Source: Saprolegnia diclina VS20
Taxonomy: Eukaryota
Assembly: GCF_000281045.1 (NCBI RefSeq)
Contig: NW_008246149.1
Coordinates: 158,235 to 213,961 of the forward strand
Length of the DNA stretch: 55,727 bases
Direction of reading: 5' to 3'
Shown: positions 55,582 to 55,727 of the stretch, one piece after another
Numbering within the stretch: the stretch's first letter is position 1
Layout: the number at the start of each line of letters is the position of its first letter
The notes under the pieces: model-generated
The model's input: the letters and a program-made list of their open reading frames with translations, nothing else
What the model was told of the DNA's origin: nothing
The model's database searches: none
Translations under genes and position numbers: made by a program

Positions 55582-55727
55582 ATGCGCCTGCCACTCTTGA
55601 CGCTTGCTCTCGCAACAATGGTGGCTGCTGACCATTCGTGGTGTGGTGACGTGTCGCCACTCACAGACAAGCCAACGACAGTCCCGACGATTGTACTCAC
55701 TCCAGCGCCGACGCCTGCTCCGACGCC
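55582..55727 (+). CDS. 5' end of a probable secreted protein with Pro/Thr-rich repeats (runs off the window)
   Basis: MRLPLLTLALATMVAA (signal-like) then DHSWCG...TPAPTPAPT; initiator-like TCATTC about 20 bp upstream. Confidence 0.6.
   Translation, partial: MRLPLLTLALATMVAADHSWCGDVSPLTDKPTTVPTIVLTPAPTPAPT

Overview
Eukaryotic, GC3-rich, gene-dense DNA with very short GT-AG introns (about 42-60 nt) and three 100-N scaffold gaps. The gene content and style point to an oomycete, probably Saprolegniales (inference). From left to right it holds: three paralogous small PH-domain proteins with an RVxF-type tail; an RNI-like LRR protein; a 4-TM protein; a PH-PX-proline-rich-WH2 protein; an NHE8-like Na+/H+ exchanger; an LRR-IQ-WW protein; succinate-semialdehyde dehydrogenase; an oomycete-type bZIP factor with Trp at the conserved Asn position and seven AP-1/GCN4 sites upstream; a 2,646-bp Mutator-like transposon; a bacterial-type PLP decarboxylase with one intron; a DUF4419-like protein; three tandem APC amino-acid transporters; an IQ-WW protein; RRP7; RPL30; an ET-PZP-Tudor chromatin reader; RPSA; a LMW tyrosine phosphatase; and the start of a secreted protein. 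The transposon has a 10-bp target-site duplication, modular 597/709-bp TIRs, and back-to-back fragments of a transposase and a Ulp1 protease. The strongest candidates for something new are the Ulp1-carrying foldback-type MULE, the bZIP/AP-1 array, the possible amino-acid decarboxylation cluster and the PH-RVxF family. All family assignments come from motif recognition by eye; no searches were run.
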